Source: Camelus ferus (taxonomy: Eukaryota). Taken from it: DNA of 64,000 nt. Both the position numbers and the translations under genes were made by a program. Position 1 is the first letter of the stretch. Each line of letters opens with the position of its first letter. The DNA is taken from assembly GCF_009834535.1 (NCBI RefSeq), contig NC_045697.1:85252001-85316000 (forward strand), written 5' to 3'. Below, in pieces: positions 1 through 12,135 of this stretch. A model generated the notes under the pieces. The model saw nothing but the letters and a program-made list of their open reading frames with translations, was not told where the DNA came from and ran no database searches.

Positions 1-987
1 GAAAATTCTAGAAGATAGAAATTAGACAGAGTTGAAATGACAATGCAGAAGAAATCTCAGTCCATAACAGACTGAGAAGAGGAATGCTGCAAAGAATAAC
101 CCAAGGAAACTCCAAAGCAACTCCACACTTGGAATCAACTGATACGAAAGCCCCTCTGGGCCTGGGGCCAATCACCAGGGAAGCCAGAACCGGGGCTGCT
201 TAGCTGGCTGTCCCCAGGAGAAACACCCAGAACTGCTGTCTTTTACAGAGTCGAGAATTTGTTCTGGGAGGGCTGCTAGTTTTGGTGGCTGAGATAGAGA
301 AGCAGAGCAAATTTACTGGACCTCTGTGGTGGGCAAGTGAGGGAAAGGACAAGGACTATAAGGTCCATCCAGGAGTGAAATCCAATAAAGCAACGAACAC
401 AGAACAAAGCCTTCTCTCCATTGGCAATGTCACAGCACTTATATTTGGGAGGAAGAGACAGAGGAAGAGGTGGGGTAGTGGGGAGGAAGAGGAATGTGTA
501 CTGAGTGTATATATGTATGTGTGTATTATGTGTGCACAAGCAGAACCTCATGAAAGATTGTAAAAGTGTGCATCAAACCGTTACAAAGCTATCATTCTGA
601 AGCTGGGAGAAGGAGCAGTCTATATTGAATACTGTCTTAGTTTCTTTTTACAACAAAGATTACTTCGTAATTTTAAAAACAATAAATATTAGAAAATTCC
701 ATGGGAGAGACAGAAATGATGATCATATGCATCAAATACTGTGCAAGGGAGGACTGACTCAAAAGTTCAAAGCAGGGAAGCAAATCTAGCCATTAGCTGC
801 AGTTAATTAAATGAAGTTACTGTAATATTTAGAGCATTGGAAGTTCATGAATTTCATTCCTCCAGAAACACAAAAAGTTATTTCTAATTAAGAGCACAGT
901 TAACTTCTATACAATTGTTAATCTTAGGGCAACAAAAACAAACAAAAAAACACAATGTGGACATTCAGCAAAAGAGAGATTTCTTTT

Positions 988-1059
988 TAAATTAATTCAG
1001 AAGCGATACTTTCCAGGGTTTGGTAAATTAATTCAGAAGCGATACTTTCCAGGGTTTGG
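988..1059. repeat. Perfect 36-bp tandem duplication
   Basis: TAAATTAATTCAGAAGCGATACTTTCCAGGGTTTGG occurs at 988-1023 and 1024-1059, identical. Confidence 0.97.
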
Positions 1060-2412
1060 AAACTACTTGCTAAGAGAGTCATTCAAAGCAACAAAGGACT
1101 CATCTAATGAAGATTTCAGAAAATAATCATAAATCTTAGGGCTTATCTGATCAATATCCAAGAAAGTTAATTGAAATGTCTTTCCAGCATACTAGTCATT
1201 AATTTTGTGAAGACCTTCACAAAAAATTAATAATTTTTAATTTTAAAACATTATAGCATTAACTTAATCTGCAATCCTAAGACATAGCATGCCTATTTAG
1301 GGGTTCTTTAATAAAAGAAAATTTTAATATGCCAGTTAAAACTTTGATTTAATAAAACTAATGTCAGCATTACAAGCTCCAAGGATCAACTAACTACATG
1401 ATCTGTCTGCACACTAAACGTGTGATAAGAAGAGGAACGTCATGACAGTTATTACTCCCATCTATTTATTTCATGGAGATACCTAGATATCTTTCTATGT
1501 GTAATTCCTACCACCGCCCAGACCAAGAGTCTCTTCCTTTTCATTTGCTACCACGCTGGTTTTAAGAAGTATCCTCTTAAATTGCTTCCTTGCCTATACT
1601 TAGCTGAGTTAACCACCCAACAGCTCTTCATTATCTTACTCTCCTGCCCGATTTCTAATCCCTGGAGCTCTTTTAAACTCTCTGGGGTGATTCTCCCCAC
1701 CTGTAGGCTCATCTCAGGCCCAGTGTCCTGCCCTTTGGCAAAAAGGTTTTAAAGAGAGTTGACCCACCACTCTGAGACCCAGCATCAACCCCCCAGTTGT
1801 CATGAGCCTGGCCACGACCTCCAGCTTTGATAACTGTTTTAATATTAGCTTGAAATTTACTTCTGTTTCTCACAGCTATGGTTTCGGGTCATTGGGTTTG
1901 TGGCGTATTCCCCTGAGCACAGTTCCTCCACAAAAAAGTCATTTCTTGCATTTACATTTTAGGGATCAGCCGCCTTCCTGGGACTTTACCTGGGGGTTGG
2001 GGTCCTGCTTATGGTTTCTGTCAGGGGCTCCTGGTGATTTTGCTGAAAACCCAACTTTAACTGCAAGAAAGCTATTCAATATCACAGTCTGTTCAAAAGC
2101 ATATACTCCTCAGTCACTGGTTTTCACTGTATTAGTGATCTGGATACAACCCAGAGTGAGTGATTTAATAATTGTTATGCATCTCTTGAATTACTGTTCA
2201 TCATTGTGAATTTTTTGGTTTTTGTTTTTCAGTCTTGCTGCATTTTGCTTTATTTTATTTGTATATCATCTTCAGTTAATTATGTCTACCGTAAGCTGTT
2301 TGTAGTATCAAAAAATTGCAACAGTCTAAACATCTGACAAAATAAGTTGGAAAAAATAAATGTCTAGCAATTGGTTTTAAAAGATTCATCAGAGTCATTT
2401 TTATGGAAAAAA

Positions 2413-2432
2413 GTGTGTGTGTGTGTGTGTGT
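2413..2432. repeat. (GT)10 microsatellite
   Basis: Read directly. Confidence 0.95.
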
Positions 2433-2629
2433 ACATCATGTGCCCTCGAAAAAAAAAAACCAAAGATACCAGCAAAGGTATTAACAGAATTTGTTTCTAA
2501 GTAGAGGGAATTGTGCCTATTTTGCATAGTCTTCTGCCACTCCTTATGTTACAATTTTTCTGGAGTTAACAAGTGTTACTTTTGTAGTAAAGGAAAAATA
2601 AATAATAAACAAATCAGGTTCCTTTATAC

Positions 2630-2920
2630 CAGGAGATGGTACTACATGGTGACTAAGAGCACGGGCTTTGGGCTGTCCAGGGTTCAAGTCCCTAGCTTTG
2701 ATTAATTAGCATTGTAACTGAGCAAACAGCTTAATCTCTCACACGACCAGTTTCTTTGTCTATAAAATGGAAAAAATAATGATGCCCATCTCATAGGCTG
2801 GTTGGGAAGACTGGAGGTGAGAATATTTGTAAAATCTAGCAAGGTGCCTGGTTCAAGGTAATATTCATTAATGGTAGCTGCTGCTGCTGTTATTGTTGTT
2901 GTTGTTGTTGTTGTTGTTAT
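2630..2920 (+). mobile_element. MIR SINE with a (GCT)n(GTT)n simple-repeat tail
   Basis: MIR-like head (ggtgactaagagcacgggctttgg...ggttcaagtcc), core (cagtttctttgtctataaaatgg) and 3' end (gtgcctgg...attcattaatggtagct), followed by trinucleotide repeats. Confidence 0.8.
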
Positions 2921-3215
2921 TATACAAAACTTGAAAGTCAGTGGGTAAAATGCTCTTTTTTTTTTTTTTTTTCAGAATTTGTTTCAACTAGACTGTCACA
3001 TAGACAAAGTTGCTTTGACAATGCTGCTTTTGAGTACATTTTATTTGGCCCAGCTGCTCTCAGCCAAAATACAATTCAGCTCCACTGCCTGCCTACCAGA
3101 GCTCTGAATGCTGTGGGCTTTTGGTTGTCATGCTCTGTTCCCTTGCTAACATGCTAATACATTACTCTGGTTTGGACCTCAGATAACAATCGCTTGTCTC
3201 AACTATACTAGACTG

Positions 3216-3321
3216 TAAGCGATAACCATCCACTTTGCCTGAGGGGTTTCAACCTGTGACATGGGGCTTTTAGTGCTGAAAGTGAGAGAATCCTGGGCAA
3301 ACAGGACAATTGGTCACCCTT
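3216..3321. mobile_element. MER81-like hAT-Blackjack MITE
   Basis: Ends in ...cctgggcaaacaggacaattggtcaccct, with internal ttttagtgctgaaag and gaggggtttc. Resembles the short MER81 consensus as I recall it. Confidence 0.65.
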
Positions 3322-4059
3322 GCTACACCCAACATGCTCTCCAAAACCACATACTAAACTCCCCTCAAGATTTCCTAATAATAATATTGGCTGGGTCCAT
3401 CCCCCTCTCCCCCATCTCAGGATTCTAGCAACTGGATAGGAACCAGTCTTATCCCCAAATATGGCTCCAATGGCTTACCAAGTGGTAAGCCTGAACCCAC
3501 TTCGTCCTCTCATCGGCAATTATCCTTCAAGTGAAGTTACCTCCTGTTCTTCAGCCAACTGGTACATTCCTCTTAGAAAACTGAGCTCATTCTTACTCAG
3601 CACAACTGCAAAGATGCCATGTGGCCTCCTTGCTACAACTCCTCAGCATCATCTGAGACATAGCTCACTTCCATCCTCCATGAAAACTTTTCTAATCTAC
3701 AAAATTCACATAGGTTCATGGAGTTCCCTATATAAAATGCCTTACTTCAGTTGGGCACTTGTAATTTATTTCTGTGGTTATTGTCACTTAATTCATATGA
3801 TCAGTGAAACTCTAATATGTGATCCTCGTCTCCCCAAAGATGATCTCCTCAAGGCAGTGGACAAGAACTGCCGTGTGTTCCCCACAGAATAAGATGTACT
3901 CGTAACAGTTTGCTCAGTATTTTACAAAGAATGCTTAGGAAAAGAGAATATTAATAGCCTGTGTTTACAGAAGACAGAACTTATTAGTAAAACATTTACT
4001 AACATTTTCCTTTCTTCCTTTCTTTACTTTTGTACGAGGCTATTTCAGTGATCTAGGTC

Positions 4060-4220
4060 ATAAAGAGTGGTGATATGGGAGGATTGTGGCAGGGAAATAG
4101 TGGAGATGGTGAGAAGTAACCAGATTCTGAGTACGATCTGAAGAGAAAGCTGACACCATCTCCTGACAGACTAGAAGGTGAGAGGAGGAGAAGGGTCAAG
4201 GAAGAGCACAAGCTGATGAG
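4060..4220 (+). mobile_element. L2 LINE fragment
   Basis: gtggagatggtgagaagt...cagattctgag...tctgaag is typical of L2. Confidence 0.6.
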
Positions 4221-4229
4221 GTTTGCCCT

Positions 4230-4770
4230 CAAGCATTCACAGATGTTACTCTATTTAAAAATAATAATTCTTAAAGATTCAAACTAAAACACCAAGTACA
4301 AATCTTTGCTTTGAATCCATAGCTTCTCCGTACATATAAATGTATTTTCATCTGGTCCTTCATTCAGAAGCTCAAGAACATCAGTCAATTCGGCCATGTT
4401 TTAAGGCTAATTACTATTCCTCAACAAATCTGCAGAGTCTTCACAATCCCCAAATGGAAAAAAAAAATTATTTTACATAATAAACTATTTGCAAAGCTCT
4501 TCCTTTAAACAGCCAATGCATTCTGATAAGAAAAGCTTAACAGAATTCTGATCTGTTTCTCTGAAGGATGCTGAAGAAAAGAGTGGTGGCTTGGATTTTA
4601 TTATATTCATCACTTTGGTAACATCACATTTTATGGAATTCAGATTTACAGGCAAATTCACACACGTAAAAACTTCTCTGAATATCCTGATTGTCAGGGT
4701 TTTCGAAACAAACTGAGATAACAAAGATAAACAAATTCAGAAAAAAGCAAAAATCTGGCTGAGATGATTC
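4230..4770 (-). mobile_element. Decayed hAT (Charlie/Buster-type) transposase coding fragment
   Basis: Frameshifted minus-strand peptides RIFREVFTCVNLP..DVTKVMNIIKSKP, HWLFKGRALQ and LTDVLELLNEGPDENTFICTEKL/GFKAKICTW match, in order, the Charlie motifs HCxIHRE..LP..VKIVNFIKSRP, RWLSRGKVL and LADIF..LNE..QG..NIF...DKI..FK.KL.LW. Confidence 0.78.
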
Positions 4771-5129
4771 AGCAGGAAAGTGAGAAGTAGTGCCATGTGG
4801 TATGGCCAACTATAGAGCATTGTCTCCAGGCAGGGGCTCCACCAAGATTTGTATGCACAGAATCATTTCTGAATTCAGAAAGTATAGATGGGTTGCCATA
4901 TAAACAGAGCTGTATTCAACTGTCATAAATTCTGAATGGGTTAACTTAGTGCAGATGGTCTTAAAAATACTATCATCAGTATCAATATCTCAACACAGAC
5001 TAGTAACCTATTCTTAGCTTACCAGGGTATCAGAGATCACTGGCTGGGAAGTTCCATCACAGGAACCAGTCCATGAGCAATGGAATCCCAGCCCCTACTC
5101 CAGAGCAAGAACCCAGGCCAAGAGAAGAA

Positions 5130-5800
5130 CACAAGGCTAGCGGGCTTTAGAGCCAGACTAGGGACTGATCCTATTCTGCCACTTGCTGGCTATGTGGGCA
5201 TCTTCCTTATCCCTGTGAGCCTCAACTTCCTCATCCATAAAGCAGAAAAAATAATACCCCTAGACATATTTTTGCCTTGGATCTTTCTGCTAAATTCTGA
5301 TAAGCAGCTAGAAACACTTAGAAGAAATAACATTATTTCACATTGATATAGCAATTTGCAGTTTTCTAAAGTTTTCATCAGATCTTCAAAGTAACTTTGT
5401 GAGGTATGGATAGAAATGTCAAGTACACTGGACAGAGAGACTTTGGTTTGGAGTCAGACAAACTTGACTTGCCATCCAAGTACACAACTTATCAATTATA
5501 TATTCTTAGGAAAGGTCATCTTAACCTTTCTCCATCTCAGCTACCCCATCTATAAAATGAGGACAGGAGTGTCTAAAGAGTTGCTTTAATGGTCAAAAAA
5601 AATACAGAGTATATAAAGTATGTCTGGTAGACAGCAGGCATTTAGGAGATGTTAGCCTCAGGGTCCGTTCATCTTCCACAAGAACTCCTCCAAGCAGCCC
5701 ACATTTTACATATGGAAACATTGAGGCTCAGCAATGATTGATAAACAAATTACCAAGATCATACAGAGTAAATCCTAGAGTCAGTGTAGACCCTGAGGCC
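5130..5800. mobile_element. Cluster of MIR SINE fragments in both orientations
   Basis: MIR cores at ~5215 (gagcctcaacttcctcatccataaa), ~5535 (ctcagctaccccatctataaaatgag) and ~5700 (cattttacatatggaaacattgaggctcag). Confidence 0.7.
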
Positions 5801-7489
5801 AGAACCAGAACCATGAGAAGAACTGGCATGACCAGGTCAGGAATGAAGCAGAATTAATCTAGGCAGCTACAATTTCAGTTTTACTGGATAAAATATTTTC
5901 CAAATGAGCCTAAAATAACCCAGTGCATTTAAGGGCTAAAGGAGATTTGTCCTCATGTAATTCTGTATTCTTTCTGTTTACTTTTCAATGACTGACAAAA
6001 TAATTTTCTTTTCTTGGTCAGACACTGGGCTCAGCACCTATTCTTTACTGCGTTGCCTCAATTTCCTGTACAGGAAAAACTTACATTCCACTGACTTTCT
6101 ACATCTGATTTTAATATATTCTTAAGAGTAGCTACTTATATACAGTATTCAAAGGAAGAATACTTAATCAGGAGTCAAAAGATTGCTCTTCTGGCTTTGG
6201 CTTTCCCACTCTTGGGCTCCTTCACCTTAGGCAAGTCTCCTATCAGCTCTGGAAAATGATGGAGGTTCACTTTATTACCTCATCCCCTCCCGAGATGGAC
6301 TCAGTCACAAGTGAAATAAACTCATCTTTATGAGAGCCAAGTGAATGAATCTAAAGGGGAAAGTACGCATGCAGGCCAATGGGATCATTGCTTTCCCTCT
6401 TAGGCATCACCCTACTGGAAGGAAGGTTGGATGGACTGAGAGAAACATTTAACTAGGATGTCAAGGAAAAGCTGCACTGTACAACCTTGTGAGGTTGGAG
6501 GGCCTCTCCTTGGAAATTGCATAGAATAATATAAGCATCTCTTGATAAGATTTTATCAATGTGACTGCTTCTGTACTGTGGCAATAGTTAGGACCAAACG
6601 AACTAAGCATGCCTTCCAGGCTAATTCTTTCTGATTCTGTCACTGCCTCAAAACATGCACTCCTGGATGTCTAGAAAATGTGACTAAATTCCCTATCTCC
6701 CTTCGACATCGTAACTTGTAAACCTCAACTTTCTCTGACATTTTCCCCGTGGTCCCTTCTCAGGGACCATGTCGCACCAGGACAGATTTCATCAACTCCT
6801 GCAGGTGAGGCTCAGTTCTGCTATTTCAAAACAGCAAAAGTAACTGTCTCTTGTTTTGCAGGGAAATACGAATCTTCACTGTGTGCAAATAAACACAACT
6901 CCAGAAGAGGCCATGGGTGATTTGGTATTTCAGCTGCATCTGTCTGTAACTTAACTTGGTTTTTGTTTACTTTGTTGGCAGACTGTTGTCCACATGTGGA
7001 CTATGTAAGAAAAACCATGATTTGGAAATTGGCAAAAGCACAACTCATTGTATTCAAAAGGTAGTAAGCTGTGAAAATCCAGACTATCTAGCTAAGATGA
7101 CTAATGGGTAATCAAAAGGAAAACAAATATTCAAAACAAATCTTGATCTTACAAATTCAAACAATCTATACCAATGTGATGGGAAAATGTTTGGAATCCT
7201 ACTCAATAATCAATAGAAGCCAGGAGGCAAGTGATCAAGGTGGAGAAAAGAAAACATAATGAAATAGTAAGAATTTCATATTTAACATCCTCTCACTTAA
7301 CTCTTCCTTACTAAAATTCTGAATCAGTCTCAACATCATTTCTATAGAGCATAATACACGAAAGTAAAGAACTTCAGGAAAAAAAGTCATTTCCATAGTT
7401 AAATTTACAAACTGTATCTATTAGTATTGACCTAACAATAAAACCAAAACTCTTTAAAATGAGACATAACTATGATAGATCATAGCTTT

Positions 7490-7895
7490 CCACTTTATTC
7501 ACCGCTCCTCTTCCAGTAGGGGGACTGTACCAGGCGGCCATGTGGTTCATAGTGCTGCCTGTGGGGGCTGTGTACTGTGTACTGTGTCAGGTTTGACCAG
7601 GTGACCTGCACTGACCCATGAAATGTGATGGGAAGCAAAGCGAGCCATGTCCAAGGGAAAGCTTTCGGAGTCATCACATGTTCGGGTCACTGCTCCTTCC
7701 CCTCTGCCAGGAAAACGCATGTCCCTGATAAGGGCTGTTCCTTCAAATACCACGTGGAATGGAGCTGTGAATAGGGTCACAGCTTCCAGGAGTCCATACT
7801 AGTGTGAACAAGAAATAAATCTTGGATGCTAGAAACCACTAAGAGTTTAGGGTTGTTGGTTAGAGCAGTCTTCTTGGCAAAAGTTGACTGACACA
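7490..7895 (+). mobile_element. Old MaLR (MLT1J/K-like) solo LTR
   Basis: 3' part reads gtgtgaacaagaaataaatctt...aaccactaagagtttagggttgttggttagagcag...actgacaca. Confidence 0.6.
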
Positions 7896-8524
7896 ATAAT
7901 TTAAGCAAAGTAGTATTTTTTTTTTTAATTATTTTCTTTGAGAGCAAGAAGAAAACATCTCACAATCAAGGAAAATAGTATTTAAAATAGTGAACATTGC
8001 AGGATAAGCTAATTTCCTGTTTGGAGTGCATTGAAAGTTCTATTAAGAAAAATGAAGTTTCAGACAAATGCAAATAAATTGTCTTTTTCTCTAATCACAG
8101 CTTATAATCAGCCACACAGCAAGTTGTGAAAATACAATTTCAAAGAACAAGATACTACATTAAACAAAAAATCAAGTCTATAAACAAAGAATATTAATTA
8201 CAAGTCACTAACACACATATATATCTTCCTTTGAGGGGGTTCAAGTGAAGATAATAATGTCTGAAGCATCTTAAGAAGCAAATATGACATCATAGAGAGA
8301 CAAAGAGAAAAGATGAGAACAAAAAGAAGCAACTGTGATCCTAAGAAACCAGCCTGTCACAGAAAAAAAAACTATACTTCAGTTATTTAATTTAAAGATA
8401 AATTATCAATACTGACTGGCCAAGAAATTTTAAATCAGATTATGCTATGGAAAATAGGGTAGCTATTTCATACATAAGCAATTAGAAGGCATATTTTGTT
8501 CCCACAGTATATTTGCTCTATTTT

Positions 8525-8887
8525 TATATACAATTTTTAAAGGTTACTTTCCATTTACAGTTATTACAAAACCCTGGCTATATTCCCCGTGTTGTACAGT
8601 ACATCCTTGAGCACATCTTACAACCCAACAGTTTGTACCTCCTACTCCCCCATCCCTGTATTGCCCCTCCCCTCCCCCCTCTCCCCGCTGGTAACCACCA
8701 GTTTGTTCTCCTTATCTATGAGTCTGTTTCTTTTTTGTTGTATTCACCAGTTTGTTGTATTCTTTAGATTCCACATATAAGTGATATCATACAGTATTTG
8801 TCTTTCTCTGTCTGACTTATTCACTCAGTACGATATCTTCCAATTCTACCCATGATGCTGCAAATGGCAAAATTTCATTCTTTTCTT
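8525..8887 (-). mobile_element. 5'-truncated L1 3' end (cetartiodactyl-type) with a 13-bp TSD
   Basis: Reverse L1 3' UTR (tagattccacatataagtgatatcatacagtatttgtctttctctgtctgacttat). TSD TTTGCTCTATTTT at 8512-8524 and 8888-8900. Confidence 0.88.
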
Positions 8888-10189
8888 TTTGCTCTATTTT
8901 ACATCAGAAGCTCTTTTAACCGACCTTCAATTAACTGATTCTCAGATTTACCGGACACTCTACATATCCTAAAATCTGCCAAATGATGCTCAAGTCCTCT
9001 CAGTTAGCAGCCTCGTCTCTGGGTTACCTGCACACCACACACCTCTGTCCTTACCACCTGACTTGCCTGCTTGAGCCCCGAGTCAATTGTGTTTGTTCCC
9101 AGACCTGCTTATGCCACTGGTATTTATTATTCTAAATGAGAGTTAGTTAAGCCCAGGCTTCTCCTTTCCCCTGCCTCTCCCCTTCCCCAAAGACTGTTAG
9201 CTCCCCGAGGGCAGGCACTGTATCATATATCGTATTTTCCTTTGTATGAATCTTAATACTGACACAACACCTTGCTCATTAAAGGTTGTCAACAAAGGAT
9301 CTGCTGAATTGAATTAAGTAACAGGGAAAAAAACACTGTCATAACCTTTTGAATCAATAAGACAGTAGAGGCAAGTCTGTTGTTCATTTAAGTGAAACCC
9401 ATTATGGAAAGAGTTGAGGAATCCATTTCCCATTCCTAACAAATTCTTAAGAATTCAAAAGCTGGCCAACAGTTGGGAGCACTGTAACCAAGCAGAACTA
9501 AGAACAGACTGGACAAGCAGATGTGCTCCTCGGAAAGAAGACCAGAGTCAGGCCAAGCATATCCCACTCAACATACTGAGAGTTAATTCAAAAATCTATT
9601 AGAGAAACTGAGTATTTATTCATTGAACACATTTACTGTAGCACATAATGTGCACACCACTGCAGAATACCCACACTTACAAGAATACCCGTACTGGTTC
9701 CCACCTGGAAGGACTTTAAATGCTCTTGGTGGAAACAGAACTAATTGGTTAAACTATAACAAAGAGCGAAAAAGGGCCAAGACAGTTGTACAGAGAGAAG
9801 CAGCTGTAGAATTTTGGGAGGTAGTTTCACAACAGGGTTTGAAATTCACTCTAAACCTTGTCAGCTGGATAGGTTTTGAACAGGATAAGATCAGGAGGGC
9901 ATGAATTTATTAAAGTAGTGAAAACATCGTCAGCAAACTCACAGCATTGCGGAGGGCACATTTGTGCTATGAAAAGAACAAACCTAGCTAGAACACTGGG
10001 TATTACAGGGAAATTGCAGAAGACTAGACAGAGAAAGCAGCTTCAACACATGGAGGCACTGACAAGTCAGGCATAGATTAAACCTGCCCCGTGAACTGCA
10101 GCACTTGAGAAAAATTACATCAGGCCAATGTGACAGGAAAAAAGACTGAAAGTAGAAACCTATAAGGTATTTGTTCATTTGATCAACCT

Positions 10190-10743
10190 CATGGTGTATT
10201 TTATGTGCCAACTTGATGGGACTATAGGATGCCCAGATATTTGGTCAAACATTATTCTAGGCTTGTCAGTGTGAGTGCTGCTGGATGAGATTAACATGTG
10301 AATTGGTAGCCTAAGTAAAGCAGATTGCTTTTCAAAGTGTGGTGGGCCTCATCTAATCAGTCAAGGCTTGAACAGAATAAAGGCTGACCTGCCAATCGGG
10401 AGGTTTCCTCCTGCCTGACTGCCTTCAAAGTGGAACAATGGCTTTTTCCTGCTTTTGGACTCGAGCTGAATCATCTGCTTTTCTTGTGTCTCAAGCCTGA
10501 GAGCCTTCATACTTGAACTACACTATTGGTTATCCTGGTTCTCAAACTGGAATGATACCATTAGCTCCCCTTGGACTCCATCTTGCTGACTCACCCTGCA
10601 GCTCTTGGGACCTATCAGCCTCCACAATCACGTGAGCCAATTTCTTATGATGAATCTCTCTCTCTCTCTCTGCATACACACACACACACACACACACACA
10701 CATCCTGTTCATTCTGTTTCTCTAGAGAACCCTAACTAACACA
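10190..10743 (+). mobile_element. MLT2 (ERVL) solo LTR containing a (CT)n(CA)n microsatellite
   Basis: Starts ttttatgtgccaacttga...cccagatatttggtcaaacattattct and ends tctgtttctctagagaaccctaactaacaca. Confidence 0.85.
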
Positions 10744-11169
10744 ATCAAACTTAAAATTTAAGACATTTGTTATATTGCTACAATCAAATCTATTTGAAAA
10801 AAATCTAAAGTACATTTGAAATAACTTCTAATCAAAGAAAACATATTAACCTAGACAAAATTTAACATTAAATATGATAAATATAAGCCATTTCCTTCTT
10901 TACATTCACACACACAGAAAATCTTGCCTGGCAGCAAGTGGTATGTATACTTAATTTTAGATGTCTAGATTTTAGTTTTAACACTTAAAAATAAATTTCA
11001 TATATAATATATATGTAACTTATATATGATATATATATATATGTTAGAGTTTAGTTTCTTCCTCTGATAAATAGGGTATTCTTGTTGTTTGCTTCACTGT
11101 ATCTATAACAAATGTCTCTTCTTTCCATTATATTTTTTAGCAACTAAAAGATTTTAAACTTTCTTCTTT

Positions 11170-11873
11170 AACATATATGCACCCAATATAGGAGGCTCCT
11201 AAATACATAAAGAAATACCAACAGATATAAAGGGAGAAACTGATGGGAACACAATCATAGAAGGAGACTTTAACACCCCATTAACATCATTGGACAGATT
11301 TTCCAGACAGAAAATCAGTAAGGCAACAGAGAGACTAAATGACACAATAGAACAGTTGGATTTGGTTGATATTTTTAGGATATTACATCCCCCCAAAACA
11401 GAATATACATTCTTTTCAAGTGCTCACGGAACATTCTCTGGGATAGACCATGTACTCAAGCACAAAAGAAGCCTCAAGAAATTTAAGGGGATAGAAATTA
11501 TTTCAAGCATCTTTTCTGACCACAGTGCCATCAAACTAGAAGTCAACCACAGAAAAACAACCACAGCATGGAGATTAAACAGCATGCTGCTAAAAAGCCA
11601 ATGGGTCAATGATGAAATCAAAGAAGAAATTTTTAAAATGTCATAAGAAAAATGACAATGAAAACACAACCACACAAAATCTATGGGAGGCAGCAAAAGT
11701 AGTCCTAAGAGGGAAGTTCATAGCAATACAGGCTTTCCTCAAAATAGAACAATCTCAAGTAAACAACCTAAACTATCACCTAAAAGAATTAGAAAAATAA
11801 GAGCAAACAAAACCTAAAGTCAGCAGAAGGAAGGAAACAATTAAGATCAGGGAGGGAACAAATAAAATAGAGA
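11170..11873 (+). mobile_element. Internal L1 ORF2 fragment (endonuclease domain and linker), disrupted
   Basis: ORFs 11290..11646 (LDLVDIFRILHP..EYTFFSSAHGTFSGIDH..IFSDH) and 11609..11800 (NLWEAAKVVLRGKFIA) are L1 ORF2p sequence. It contains frameshifts and stops and is flanked by a 15-bp direct repeat. Confidence 0.95.
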
Positions 11874-11917
11874 TAAACTTTCATCTTTTTCTTTTCTACC
11901 ATGTTTCTTCTTCGCTT

Positions 11918-12135
11918 CTTTTTTTTGAAATGTAGTTTATTTACAGTATTGTGTTACCTTCTGGTGTACAGCATAGTGACTACTTTATACATACATATAT
12001 TATTTTCATTATAAGCCATTAGAAAGTATTGAATACAGTTCGCTGTGCTTTACAGTAGGATCTGGTTGTTTATGTTTTATATATAGTAGTAGGTATCTAC
12101 AAACTCCAAACTCCCAAGTTCTCTCTCCCCACCGC
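11918..12135 (-). mobile_element. Short L1 3' UTR end (artiodactyl-type)
   Basis: Poly-T followed by gaaatgtagtttatttacagtattgtgtta..ttctggtgtacagcatagtga..tgtgctttacagtagga. Confidence 0.8.

Noticed and set aside
988..1059. CRISPR-like 36-bp repeat
   Set aside because: Only two directly adjacent copies with no spacer, in mammalian DNA with no cas genes.
1802..3892. Longest anonymous ORFs (135 aa and 143 aa, + strand)
   Set aside because: No recognisable domain or gene structure. They are antisense within an intron and of a length expected by chance.
11290..11800. Active L1 or domesticated endonuclease gene
   Set aside because: Frameshifts and stops, a missing N-terminus, and no ORF1, RT or promoter.
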